Program-made: the position numbers and the translations under genes
Notes under the pieces: model-generated
What the model was told of the DNA's origin: nothing
Seen by the model: only the letters and a program-made list of their open reading frames with translations
Databases searched by the model: none
DNA from: an uncultured Gemmatimonadales bacterium
GTDB taxonomy: Bacteria; Gemmatimonadota; Gemmatimonadetes; Gemmatimonadales; Gemmatimonadaceae
Direction: 5' to 3'
Length of the DNA stretch: 64,000 nucleotides
Assembly: GCA_963706505.1 (NCBI GenBank)
Contig: CAVPLX010000003.1
Coordinates: 31,569 to 95,568 of the forward strand
Part shown: positions 20,443-30,935 of the stretch, one piece after another
Layout of the letters: every line of letters starts with the position of its first letter
Position numbering within the stretch: position 1 is the first letter of the stretch

Positions 20443-21029
20443 CACCCAAACCTCGGAAGGAGATAGAGCGCCGTGAACACGGCAATCCAGACGACGTCGA
20501 CGAAGTGCCAGTACAATGCGGCGTTCGAGAGCAGCCCGTGACGCTCGGCGGACAAAAAGCCGCGCCATGCCCACACCTGCACCACGGCGTTCATCAGTAA
20601 TCCAGCCACGACGTGCGCGCCGTGAAAGCCGGTCACGATGAAATAGAGCGAGCCGTACGCGTTCGTCCGTGGCGTAAAGCTCTTGTGCGACCATTCCAGC
20701 GCCTGCAGCCCGATGAAGATCGCGCCAAGGACGAACGTGATGAGCAGACCGCTCCGAAGCTGGCCCTGCGAGCCGCGCTCGATCGACCGCTCCGCCCACC
20801 AGAGGGTCACACTGCTGAGAAGGAGAATGACCGTGTCGGGCCCGGCGATCGTGAGTGAAGGCGGTCCGCCAGGCGGCCACGCCGCCGCCATCGACCCGAG
20901 ATAGAAGTAGCTGAACAACAAATACGCGAAGAACGATGCTTCGGTAGCGATCAGAAGGCGCATCGCCCACCTGCCCGATGCGTCTGCGGCGTAGGCGCTT
21001 GGCGGAAGGGACACCACGGCCGTTGCCAT
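20442..21029 (-). CDS. ctaE: cytochrome c oxidase subunit III
   Basis: 195 aa from MATAVVSLPP. Contains ..YFIVTGFHGAHVVAGLLM.. and YWHFVDVVWIAVF. It starts 3 nt after the ctaD stop. Confidence 0.9.
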   Translation of the reverse strand: MATAVVSLPPSAYAADASGRWAMRLLIATEASFFAYLLFSYFYLGSMAAAWPPGGPPSLTIAGPDTVILLLSSVTLWWAERSIERGSQGQLRSGLLITFVLGAIFIGLQALEWSHKSFTPRTNAYGSLYFIVTGFHGAHVVAGLLMNAVVQVWAWRGFLSAERHGLLSNAALYWHFVDVVWIAVFTALYLLPRFG

Positions 21030-21031
21030 GC

Positions 21032-22939
21032 TCAGCCCCCTCGGACGGTTTGGCCAGCCCGCGACGGCGAGATCCAACCGACGAGACACGCGAATACGAA
21101 AAGCAACCCGAGGCCGGCCCAGACCCAGGACACCGCGAGCAGCGCGTAGAACACGATCGTGAGCGCAAGCGCCAGCAACAGCGGCCACGGCGAATCGGCC
21201 GGCATGTGCAGTATCGCCACTGGCTCCGCATCGAGCGGCAATGTGCCGATCGTCTCGCGGCCATCGTCGAGTGCCGGCCCGCGGTCCACGATGCTGCTCG
21301 CCGCCATGCGAAGCCGCGACTCCCACAACGGATAGCGGCTCCGGACGGTCGGGAGCACCGCGAAGTTGTACGGCGGCGGCGGCGACGGCGTCGCCCACTC
21401 AAGTGTTGGCGCATCCCAGGGGTTGTCGCCCGCGGCCGGTCCGCTGCGAACGCTCAGGACGACGTCGATCAGGAACAGCACCACGCCAGCCGCGAACACC
21501 ACCGCACCGATCGTCGTGACGAGGTTCGCCAGATCCCAGCCCATGCCTGCCGGGTAGGTATAGATCCGCCGCGGCATTCCCATCATGCCGGTGATGTGCA
21601 TGGGAAAGAAGGCGGCGTTCATGCCCGCGAACATGAGCCAGAACACCCAGCGGCCGATCCGCTCGCTCAGCATGCGGCCGGTCATCTTCGGCAACCAGTA
21701 GTACAGGGCACCGAATACGGGGAATACGTTGATGCCGAGCAGCACGTAGTGCAAATGGGCAACGACGAAGTAGGTATCCGTGAGCTGCCAATCGAAGGGC
21801 ACCGGCGCGGTCATCACGCCGTTGACGCCCCCTGCGACGAACAGGACGATGAAGCCGGCCATGAACAGAAGCGGGACGTTGAAGACAGGCCGCCCATACC
21901 AGATCGTCGCCAGCCACGCCGCGATCGAAACACCGCTTGGGATCGCGATCGTCATGCTCGCCCCACTGAAGAACGACATCGCGAGAGGCGGGAGGCCAGT
22001 GGCGAACATGTGATGCAGCCACACGCCGGAGCCCACGACGCCGGTTGCGACGGTCGCCAACGCGACGTAGGTGTAGCCGGCCAGCGGGCGCCGGCAGAAT
22101 GTCGGAATCATGTCCGACGCCAGCCCCATGGCTGGCAGGACGACGACGTAGACCCACGGATGGCCGAAGATCCAGAACAGATGCTGCCATAGGAGCGGAT
22201 GGCCGCCGTGTGCCGGATCGAAGAAGTGCGTCCCAATGTTGCGGTCCAGATAGAGGAAGATGGACGCAACCGTCAGAGCCGGCACGAAGAACACAATGAG
22301 AAACGAGACCGTCAGTGTCCCCCACAAGATGATCGGAACACGGTCGACCGACATTCCCGGCGCCCGCATCGTGAAGAACGTCGCGATGAAATTGACCGCG
22401 CCGATCGTGGTGGAGATCCCGAGGTAGATCAGCCCGAGGGTGTAGAAGTCGATGTTCACACCCGGAGAGTACGCTCGCGCGGTCATCGGCACGTACGCAA
22501 ACCATCCCCCGTCGGGTGCCTGGCCGACGAGGAAGCTGGAGTAGAGGAACACGCCGGACAGCAGGAACGTCCAGTAACTCAGGGCGTTCACCCGGGGGAA
22601 CGCCATGTCGCGCGCCCCGATCATCAACGGCCACAGATAGTTACTGAAGCCGGACAACACGGGCGACGCGAACAGGAAGATCATCGTGACGCCGTGCATC
22701 GTGAATAACTGGTCGTATAGCTCGGGCGAGACCAGACGCAGATCCGAGTGCACCAGCTGTGCGCGCATCACCATGGCTTCGAGGCCGCCGATCGCGAAGA
22801 AGACGAATGCCGTCACGAGGTATCGCTTGCCGATCGTCTTGTGATCCACGCTCGTCAACGTCCCGAGAAGACCGCGAGGGGTCGCCCACGACCGTGTCAG
22901 CCTCGCGCGCGAGGACTCGGAGGAAACGGCCGTGGCCAT
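21032..22939 (-). CDS. ctaD: cytochrome c oxidase subunit I
   Basis: Start MATAVSSESS at 22939. Contains TSVDHKTIGKRYL, WFAYVP, GHPWVYVVVLP, HHMFATG and VAHLHYVLLG. Confidence 0.95.
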   Translation of the reverse strand: MATAVSSESSRARLTRSWATPRGLLGTLTSVDHKTIGKRYLVTAFVFFAIGGLEAMVMRAQLVHSDLRLVSPELYDQLFTMHGVTMIFLFASPVLSGFSNYLWPLMIGARDMAFPRVNALSYWTFLLSGVFLYSSFLVGQAPDGGWFAYVPMTARAYSPGVNIDFYTLGLIYLGISTTIGAVNFIATFFTMRAPGMSVDRVPIILWGTLTVSFLIVFFVPALTVASIFLYLDRNIGTHFFDPAHGGHPLLWQHLFWIFGHPWVYVVVLPAMGLASDMIPTFCRRPLAGYTYVALATVATGVVGSGVWLHHMFATGLPPLAMSFFSGASMTIAIPSGVSIAAWLATIWYGRPVFNVPLLFMAGFIVLFVAGGVNGVMTAPVPFDWQLTDTYFVVAHLHYVLLGINVFPVFGALYYWLPKMTGRMLSERIGRWVFWLMFAGMNAAFFPMHITGMMGMPRRIYTYPAGMGWDLANLVTTIGAVVFAAGVVLFLIDVVLSVRSGPAAGDNPWDAPTLEWATPSPPPPYNFAVLPTVRSRYPLWESRLRMAASSIVDRGPALDDGRETIGTLPLDAEPVAILHMPADSPWPLLLALALTIVFYALLAVSWVWAGLGLLFVFACLVGWISPSRAGQTVRGG

Positions 22940-23020
22940 CACGCGTCCGCTACGCGAGTCCAGGCCACGCCAGACGGCGTGCGCGGCCGGTGGACCAATC
23001 GGGCGCCGCACATTCGCGGA

Positions 23021-24127
23021 TCATCGCAGTGTCTCCAGATATGCGATGAGCGATTGGAGATCGCGGCCGCTCAACAGGATGTCCGGCATCCCGCTGCCCG
23101 GCTTGAGTCTTTGTGCGTTCACGACCCAGCCGGCCAGATTACCGCGTGTGTTGAGCAGCGTGCCGGCAGCGAGCGCGCGCCGGCTGGCGAGGTGACTCAG
23201 GTCCGGGCCCAGGTGCGCGTCCATGCCTGTACCGCGAATCGCATGGCAGCGTACGCACGCCGACCGGTGGAAGACCGCCAGGCCGGACGCGCCGGCCGGA
23301 TCCGACGGCGCGGGAGCCGAGACTCGCTGGCGGGCAAGCCACACGGCATAATCGGCAGGCTCGTCCGCGACGACCACGAAGCCCATGTGCGCGTGCTGGA
23401 TCCCGCAATACTCCGCGCACTCACCCACATATGTTCCGGGATGGTCCGCCTCGATCCACATCGAATTGTCCTGGCCCGGTATGACATCAGTCTTGCCCGC
23501 CAGGGCCGGCACCGAGAAACTGTGGATCACATCGTTTGAGACGAGGTCGATCCGTACCGCGCGGCCCACGGGTACGTGCAACTCGTTCGCGGTGATGACG
23601 GCCTGATCGGGATCCGCGGCGGCGTACCGCATTTCCCACCACCAGCGGTGCGCGGTCACCTGAACGGTCACAGCCACCGGGCTCGCCGGCCGGGCGATCG
23701 CGGATTGCGTCAGAACTGTGCAGACGAAGCACACCATCAGAATGACCGCCGGAAGCGCCACACCGCCAACCACGATCCACCGGGCTGCAGCCTTCTGGTC
23801 ACCGTCCGGCTGCACCACCGCCATCCGACCGGACCGAGGCCAATGTAGTGCGGCAACCAGGACCCCGGCGACGATCAGCGTCACGGCCACGGCAACGACA
23901 GTGAAAAGCCATCCTAACCGCGCGATGGCCGCTGCATTCGGGCCGGCTGTGCGAAAGATCGAGGGCGAACTGGCGTGACGCGCTGCCCCGTGTAACACCG
24001 CCACCGCGAATCCCGCCGACCTGCCGCGTTCGAACGTCACGGGCACCATGCGCAAGCGTGGGCTCCCAGGCGACACGGGCGCTCGCGTTACCGGGTCATA
24101 CATCGCCGCCCCGTGCACGCGGCTCAT
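23021..24127 (-). CDS. ctaC: cytochrome c oxidase subunit II with fused C-terminal cytochrome c (caa3-type); start uncertain
   Basis: Two TM helices, the CuA site CAEYCGIQHAHM and C-terminal CVRCH...GSGMP. Candidate starts at 24127, 24103 and 24049. Confidence 0.85.
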   Translation of the reverse strand: MSRVHGAAMYDPVTRAPVSPGSPRLRMVPVTFERGRSAGFAVAVLHGAARHASSPSIFRTAGPNAAAIARLGWLFTVVAVAVTLIVAGVLVAALHWPRSGRMAVVQPDGDQKAAARWIVVGGVALPAVILMVCFVCTVLTQSAIARPASPVAVTVQVTAHRWWWEMRYAAADPDQAVITANELHVPVGRAVRIDLVSNDVIHSFSVPALAGKTDVIPGQDNSMWIEADHPGTYVGECAEYCGIQHAHMGFVVVADEPADYAVWLARQRVSAPAPSDPAGASGLAVFHRSACVRCHAIRGTGMDAHLGPDLSHLASRRALAAGTLLNTRGNLAGWVVNAQRLKPGSGMPDILLSGRDLQSLIAYLETLR

Positions 24128-24557
24128 CGCTACTTGTGCCTTGCGGCCTGCTGGCTGCGGGATCCACTCGTGCGGGACTCCGTTCCGTCCGGGGTGTGTA
24201 ACTGACCGACGAAGGACGGTGGAGGATCGGTGAGCGCCGATGTGATGGCACCCGACGTAATGGCACCCATGGATCCGATGCGACGGCGGGCAAGTTGTAT
24301 GCCGCCTGCTGCTCGCCGGAATCGCCACGATCCGCCAGGTGCCTGGGCTATCGCGAATGGCTCGCAGGCACCGCCCGTTTGCGGTACGTCTGTCAGCCGC
24401 GACACATGGTACGCGATCTGCGGATCATTGCCGCATCTCCGGCGGACTTTCGCGAATACTCATGGCAAGCAACGCGGCGGACGGTCACGCCACCTCATCG
24501 GCCCGCGGAGCGCCAGCCCCGCGATTGCCGCACGACGGTGCGCCCAGGCCGCGAGTC

Positions 24558-25758
24558 ATGCGGTCCACACAGGCCGCAACCGCGGCCGCGTCCCGTATCA
24601 CCCGCATTCGCGACGCCCTCGGCCGCGCCGATCTCGCGGCGATCGTCTGTACGCTTCCGAGCAACGTGCTGCTCGTGTCAGGGTACTGGCCGGTGGTCGG
24701 CCCGGCGTGCGCGGTCGTCTGGCAAACCGGCCCCACGCTGCTCATGGTCCCCCTCGACGAGCGAGCCGCCGCAAGGCGCGGATGGGCCGATGAGGTACGC
24801 ATCCTGACGGAATCCTCCGACGCAGACACCGGATCGCGTACGCTCGTATCGTGGCTCGCAGCCGAGGCCCGGCAGTGGGGCGGACGCCGGATCGGCGTGG
24901 AGCATGGACCGGCCTGCGAGCCGGCGTCGTATGCCGGGATGTGTCTGTATGGTTCGAGGCTGTGGGAGGCCGTTCGCGCGGCGTGGCCCGATGCGGATCT
25001 CGTACCCGTAGACCCGATGCTCGCCGATCTCCGGGCCACCAAGACTGGAGCCGAGATCGCTCGCATCAGGACGGCATGCCGCATCGCGGAAGTTGGATTC
25101 GCGGCCGGCGCCAGAGCGCTCCGTCCGGGGCGCACGGAGCGGCAGATCGCGGCGCAGGTCCGGACCCGGTTCAGCACCAGCGCCGGACGGGCCGTGGGTC
25201 GCGCCAATGGCTTCGCGTTTTGTATGTCGGGGAAGAACGCCGCCGAGGCGTATCGCGCGTACGCCCGGTCGACCGCCAAGCGGATCGCCCCCGGTGAGTT
25301 GGTCCTCGTTCACGCGAATTCGTACGTGGATGGCTATTGGACCGACATCACGCGGACGTATTGCATGGGATGGCCGGATCATCGGCAACGCGCGTTGTAC
25401 GATGCGATCTTCGAAGCCCGGCGTGCGGCGCTCGATGCGATCAAACCTGGTGTAGCCGGGCAGGCCGTGGACGCCGCCGCGCGGCAAATGCTCGAATCAC
25501 GCGGACTCGGCGCGGCCTTCAGGCACTCGGCCGGCCACGGGGTCGGGTTCTCGGCAATCAGTCACGATGCGCGTCCTCGTCTTGCGCGGAACTCGACGGG
25601 ATGTGCTCCAGGCGGGAATGGTGTGCAACGTCGAGCCGGCCATTTATCTCGACGGCTATGGGGGCATTCGGCATTGTGACGTTGTCGAAGTCACCGGCAC
25701 TGGCGCTCGCGTCCTCACGCCATTTCACGCGACGCTCGAGGAGTTGGCGGTGACATGA
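24558..25758 (+). pseudogene. M24-family metallopeptidase (Xaa-Pro aminopeptidase/creatinase-like), one frame change near the 3' end
   Basis: Creatinase_N-like N-terminus (ITRIRDALGRADLAAIV). Pita-bread motifs: HANSYVDGYWTDITRT and SAGHGVGFS. After ..ISHDARPRL the conserved end DVLQAGMVCNVEPAIYLDGYGGIRHCDVVEVT.. is in the next frame (ORF 25567..25758). The start could also be 24462. Confidence 0.75.
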
Positions 25759-26243
25759 GCAATGCCGCGACGCCGCGACGGCGCTTTCTCGCGTGGCTCT
25801 CCGCGGGGCTGGGTGCGGCAGCCGCCGCCGCGGTCGGCGTACCCATTGTCGGATTTTTCTTCGCACCGCTGATGCGACGGCCTGTCGAAGCGTGGCGATC
25901 GCTGGGCCCCGTTGACCAATTCCGGATTGGCGAGACCGTCGAAGTACGGATCCCATCCGCGGCACCGGTCCCATGGGCCGGAGAAGCGGCCGAGATCGCG
26001 GCGTGGCTCCGCCGCATGGGTCCGACCGAGTTTGTGGCCTTCTCGGTGAACTGCACACATCTCGGCTGTCCCGTCCGGTGGATGCCGAACGCCCGGATTT
26101 TTCTCTGTCCCTGTCACGGCGGCGTCTACTATGAGGACGGCGCGGTCGCCGGCGGCCCGCCCCCTCGCGCCCTTGCCCAATACCCGGTGCGCATCGACAA
26201 CGGCAACGTCCTGCTCAGAACCAGTGCCCTCCCGCTTGGCTGA
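25755..26243 (+). CDS. Rieske [2Fe-2S] subunit of a cytochrome bc-type complex
   Basis: Twin-arginine-like N-terminus (RRRFLAWL), CTHLGCPVRW and CPCHGGVY boxes. Its ATG overlaps the M24 stop (ATGA 25755-25758). Confidence 0.9.
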   Translation: MSNAATPRRRFLAWLSAGLGAAAAAAVGVPIVGFFFAPLMRRPVEAWRSLGPVDQFRIGETVEVRIPSAAPVPWAGEAAEIAAWLRRMGPTEFVAFSVNCTHLGCPVRWMPNARIFLCPCHGGVYYEDGAVAGGPPPRALAQYPVRIDNGNVLLRTSALPLG

Positions 26244-27645
26244 GCCGATCCGCGCCCTGGGACGGTGGCTCGAAGACCGGACCGGTCTCTGGGCAGTGGT
26301 GCGGCGGCTCGCCGAGCATCCCGTGCCGCCGGGCACGGATTGGCGCTATGTGCTCGGCAGCGCCACCCTCGTGGCTTTTCTGCTGCAGGTCGCCACCGGA
26401 GTCGCTCTGTCCACCGTCTACGTGCCATCGACGGGCTCCGCCTATCAGAGCCTGCAGTTCATTACGCACGATGCACCATTCGGGCGCGTGCTGCGGGGAA
26501 TGCACTACTTCGGGGCGAGTGCGATGGTCATACTCATCGGCGCCCACATGGCGCGGGTGTTCCTGACCGGCTCCTACAAGTTTCCGCGCGAGATGAATTG
26601 GCTCTCCGGCGCCGCGTTGTTGCTGCTGACACTCGTGATGGCGTTCACCGGCCAGTTACTGCGGTGGGATCAGGACGGCGTGTGGTCGGCGGTGGTCGCG
26701 TCGGAACAGGCGGCCCGCGTGCCGGCCATCGGCCATTGGCTCGCACACCTCATACTGGGCGGTGCGACCGTGAGCGGCCCGACGCTCTCCCGCTCCTTCA
26801 CGGTGCACGTCTTTCTGATTCCTGCTCTCATCTTTGGGGGCGTAGGCCTGCACCTCTATCTGATCCTGCGCAATGGGATATCGGAACCCGCGAGCATCGG
26901 ACCGCCCACGGTGAATCCCGCCACCTACCGTGCCTGGTATCGAAAGCTGCTGGATCGCGAGGGCCGCCCGTTCTGGCCCGACGCCGCGTGGCGCGACGCG
27001 GTCATGGCGATCCTTGTCGTCGGCGCCGTACTCGCGCTCGCACTGACGCTTGGCCCCAAGGCGCTCGGCAAGCCACCTGATCCGACCGCGATCAACGCGT
27101 CGCCTCGCCCCGACTGGTACTTCCTCTGGTATTTCGCAGTGCTGGCGCTCATTCCGAGAGCGATCGAGCCGTCCGTCATCGTGGTCGCGCCACTCGCCTT
27201 CGGGCTCATCCTCGTCCTGCTCCCGCTCGTCGCGAATCGGGGCAGCCGAAAGATTCGTCACCGCCCCTGGGCCGTCGCTGTCGTTGCTGTCGCCGTCGGG
27301 ACGATTGCGTGGTTCTCGCAAGTGGGGGCACGTTCACCCTGGTCACCGGATTTTGACGCCCAGCCCCTGGCTCCCCGCGCGATCGCCAGTAGCGATCCGG
27401 ACGTGGTAGCGGGAGCCGCACTCTTTCACAGCCGCGGTTGCGAGTATTGTCATGCGGTCGGCGACCAGGGAGGCAGCCGTGGCCCCGACCTGACGAGTGT
27501 TGCCCTGCGGCTCACCCATCCCCAGCTCGAAGCGCGTATTCTGGGCGGCGGCGCCACCATGCCGGCATACATGGGGAAGCTGTCGGCCGGGGAGCTCGCC
27601 CAACTGGTGGCCTTTCTTGAATCCCGCCGGGGTCCCCGGCGATGA
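26224..27645 (+). CDS. cytochrome b (b6 + subunit IV-like) fused to a C-terminal monohaem cytochrome c
   Basis: GTG 26224 or TTG 26236 overlaps the Rieske 3' end. His pairs in MHYFGA/GAHMARVF and FTVHVFL/GLHLYL, a PDWYFLWYF (PEWY-like) motif, and C-terminal CEYCH ... MPAY. Confidence 0.9.
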   Translation: MPSRLAEPIRALGRWLEDRTGLWAVVRRLAEHPVPPGTDWRYVLGSATLVAFLLQVATGVALSTVYVPSTGSAYQSLQFITHDAPFGRVLRGMHYFGASAMVILIGAHMARVFLTGSYKFPREMNWLSGAALLLLTLVMAFTGQLLRWDQDGVWSAVVASEQAARVPAIGHWLAHLILGGATVSGPTLSRSFTVHVFLIPALIFGGVGLHLYLILRNGISEPASIGPPTVNPATYRAWYRKLLDREGRPFWPDAAWRDAVMAILVVGAVLALALTLGPKALGKPPDPTAINASPRPDWYFLWYFAVLALIPRAIEPSVIVVAPLAFGLILVLLPLVANRGSRKIRHRPWAVAVVAVAVGTIAWFSQVGARSPWSPDFDAQPLAPRAIASSDPDVVAGAALFHSRGCEYCHAVGDQGGSRGPDLTSVALRLTHPQLEARILGGGATMPAYMGKLSAGELAQLVAFLESRRGPRR

Positions 27646-27664
27646 CCAGCGGCCTGACCTCCGA

Positions 27665-29045
27665 TCACCGGTCACGCCGCGGTGCCTCGCCTCCAGCCAA
27701 CCACCCGCCCTGGAATCCGGCGCGGCGGAGCCCCGTCACAACGTAGGGACATCGCCGCATCAACCGCCACATTAGGCCGGACCGATAATTCTCGAGCATG
27801 AGGACTACGGGACCTTGATTGATCGCGTAGTGCGCCGGCGAGCGCCACCCGCGCGTGGCTATCGGGCCGGATGCGGGCGTCGCACGTCCCGTGACGCCGA
27901 AAGACGGATTGAGGCTCGCCGTGTAGCCGTAGTCGTGCTTTCCGGCAGGGTACTCGGAGTCGAGGATCTCCATCGAGGGCAGCACGATCTCTGGTGCAAA
28001 CGGGAGCGACGCCACGACCGCCCACGGCGAGACAGTCCCGTCGTCGGGACCAAACGGCGCACCGCGAGCATGGTAGCCGTAGAACATTCGCTTCTTCCCC
28101 GCCCAGTCCTGGGTCGCTGGACCCGGCCCGTCGCTCGCTGTGATGCCCCAGCACGACGCCGAATACCCTGCCCATTTTCGCGGATTCCGTTTGGCGTATT
28201 CCTGATGGACGTACGCCGCCCGGCGGCTGTTCTCGAAGTAGTCGATGCCGTGCCGCCGCATGAACGCGTCCTGGATACCCCGGCAATCGATCCAGCATTG
28301 GCTCAGATGATGGATGAACAAGGGGCCGGAATAGAGCATTCTCGTATCCGTAGATGCGGGCCCACCGATACGTCTCCGTCCAGGCGGAGTAGCTCTCGGC
28401 CGGCAGCGGATGCGTTGGGGAGCCGAGGCCTAGAACGTACAGGATCAACGCTTCCGCATATCCCCGCCACCCGCGTCGAGAGAAACCCAATTCGGGACAC
28501 CACCCGAGCGATACGGCCGGCGAGCCGCCCATCGACCACGGCCAGTCCACTCGCCGATAGATCGCGTCGGCAAGCTCTCGGACACGTCGCTCGGCGGCGG
28601 TGTCGCGGTCAAAGTACACGCCGGCCGTGAGCACGCCCGCCAAGGCGATCGTCGTGTCGATCGTCGAAAGCTCGCATTCCCACACTCGACGGCCCGTGTC
28701 GGGCGTCATGAAATGGTAGAAGAAGCCTCGATCCGGCGTTCGCGGCTCGCCGCCGTGCGGTGCATCCCACAGGAACTGCAGCGCAGCCCGGACACGTTCC
28801 GTGGCGTCCGCCCGGGAGATATATCCGCGCTCCGCCCCCACGACGTAACACGAGAACGCGAATCCTGAACCCGCAATGGTCGCGGGGGACGTCGGGCGCG
28901 TGTTGTCGCGAATCAGGCCCGTTTGGGCGTTTGCTTCGTGCAGGAAATACGAGAACGCCCGCCGCTCGAGCTGGTCGAGGGCGGCATCATCGATCCGGGT
29001 TTTCGGGAGTGATGCGGACAGACCGCCCCCGAACGGCATCATCAT
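27665..29045 (-). pseudogene. glucoamylase-like DUF3131/GH144-like (endo-beta-1,2-glucanase family) protein, one frame change
   Basis: The N-terminal half (ORF 27672..29489 from MMMPFGG..: LIRDNTRPTSPATIAGSGFAFS.., GFFYHFM, STIDTTIALAG) ends ..YRWARIYGYEN. The continuation (M)LYSGPLFIHHLSQCWIDCRGIQD... is ORF 27665..28339 in another frame. Confidence 0.65.
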
Positions 29046-29098
29046 GCGCGTCCCACCTGCGGCTCCGCGGCATCGACGAATTGCATCATCCAACCGGC

Positions 29099-30590
29099 TC
29101 AACCACAGGTTGCACCAGCACCATCTGGAGAGGCCGGTGGTAGCGCGTAGTCCGCGGTCACCGCGACGACGGCGTGAGGCGGAATGACGAGGTCGACCCG
29201 CAGCGATCCATTCTCGTACGCCGGCGTGATGCGCTCCGGGGCCACGCGTGACGCGTCGTGGAGCTCTGCCACCTGCGCGGCTGACAGATACGGCGGCCTT
29301 CCGAGTGCCAGCCACCGTGTCTTCGCATTGGCGTGGTCCGCGTCGATACGCCGGGCCGTGACGGCGCCGCAGGAAGGCATGCCATCGAGCTGCAGATGGA
29401 CACACTGCGCTTCGATCGGGTGCCGCGGCAGTGCATGGTTCGTGATCACGGTGGTCGCGCCATGTCCATTGGCGCTGCGAACGACCCATGCGTCGACCGT
29501 GGCGTGCCGGTCCTCAAAGGCAAAGATCAGGTCAGTGCCGAGCCGGTGGAGAAGCTCGAAAGCGCGATAGGAGGGCTTGGCGATACCGTAGAGATTGAGC
29601 AGGCCAAACCCGCCGTGAAACGGCTCCGACGGAAAGAAGTTTTCGTCGAAAATGTCGGAGAACGCCCACCAGCTATAGCCATCCACCAACCCGCGCGCTT
29701 CGAGCATCGTCTTGACGACCACCGCCGCCGCATACGGATCGTCGTGGAGCGGGTCTCGCGAATTCGAGGACGTACTCCATTCCGTGTAGTAGAGTGGCAG
29801 ATCACCGACGAGCTGCCGCGTCGCGCGCGCTTTGTCACGCAGCACACTACGCGTGCTCGCGGCAAGCTGCGCCTCCGTGTCATCCCCCGGACGCCCGAAG
29901 GCATCGGTTGGATAGTGATGGGTACTGACGAAATCGATCGGCACGTGGCCGGATGCGCAATATTCGACGAATGGTGCGATCCACCCGTTGTCGGCGGTTG
30001 CTGGGCCGCCAACGCGAAGACGATCTGAGACACTCTTCAGCGCAAGCGCCGTCTCGCGGTACAACCTGAAGTACTCGGCCTGGGTGCCCGTCCAGAACGC
30101 CGGGAGATTCGGCTCGTTCCACACCTCGAAGAACCACTGCGATACTTCGTCAATGCCGTAGCGCTCGATGGCATGCGCCGCGAGCCGGCGGATCAAGGCC
30201 GTCCATGCGGTCACGTCGCGCGGCGGCGTGATGTTGCCTCGGTATTGAAAGACCGTTGCGGTCCCGGAATGCCAGGGCAGAGGGCATGAAGCTGAGTTCG
30301 ACGAATGGCCGCACGCCTGCCGACAGAAGGGCATCCCAGATCGTGTCGGCATTGAAGAAGGAGTAGAGCAGTGTGTTCCGCTCGCACACCAGAGTGCCGA
30401 GGTCATCGGACAGAACTGCGTGGAAACGCACGTACTTCACACCCAGTTCGTCGTGGCAACGGCCTAACTGGGCCTGATAGTCGGCGCGAAGGGCCAACAC
30501 CGCGTGACCACTCCCGACGCAACGCTCCCATGCATGCGCCAATGGCGTACCCTGTCGCCGCAGGTCGCACGATACGTCAACTGTGCTCAA
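29099..30590 (-). pseudogene. GH39-like glycoside hydrolase (beta-xylosidase family), one frame change; start uncertain
   Basis: The N-terminus (..PLAHAWERCVGSGHAVLALRADYQAQL.., FVELSFMPSALA) is in ORF 30150..30869. The remainder (GTATVFQYRGNITPP.., WFFEVWNEPNL acid/base motif) is in ORF 29099..30406. Confidence 0.7.
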
Positions 30591-30935
30591 CCGCCACCAC
30601 CATCCATTCAAACCCACACTGATGATTGCCCACACCGTGACCCGGCCGTCCGCGCTCTGCGAAGGCTTGGAATCCGGATGAGCTTCAGGTTTGCAAAGTC
30701 CAAGCCCCTTCGTTTTGTCAGAAGCAGAAATTGGATGCGCGTCCCGGTTGAGTTCGTCGGTCGGCCTCGTAAAGGCCCCCCGTTTTCGGTTCGACAATTG
30801 CGTTACGCGGCTGTGAACAGATCGGCGGAGGGGACAAATGAACCGCGCGGCTCTCGTGTCCCCACGCAAGGTCTATCCTCAGAGCTCGGGCGCGTGCCTC
30901 GGGCCAGCCGCGTGTCACGGGACGGTGTCTTCCCC

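Noticed and set aside
20978-22634. 404-aa plus-strand and 411-aa minus-strand ORFs inside ctaD
   Set aside because: They are antisense or alternative-frame shadows of cytochrome oxidase subunit I, which is unambiguous in its own frame.
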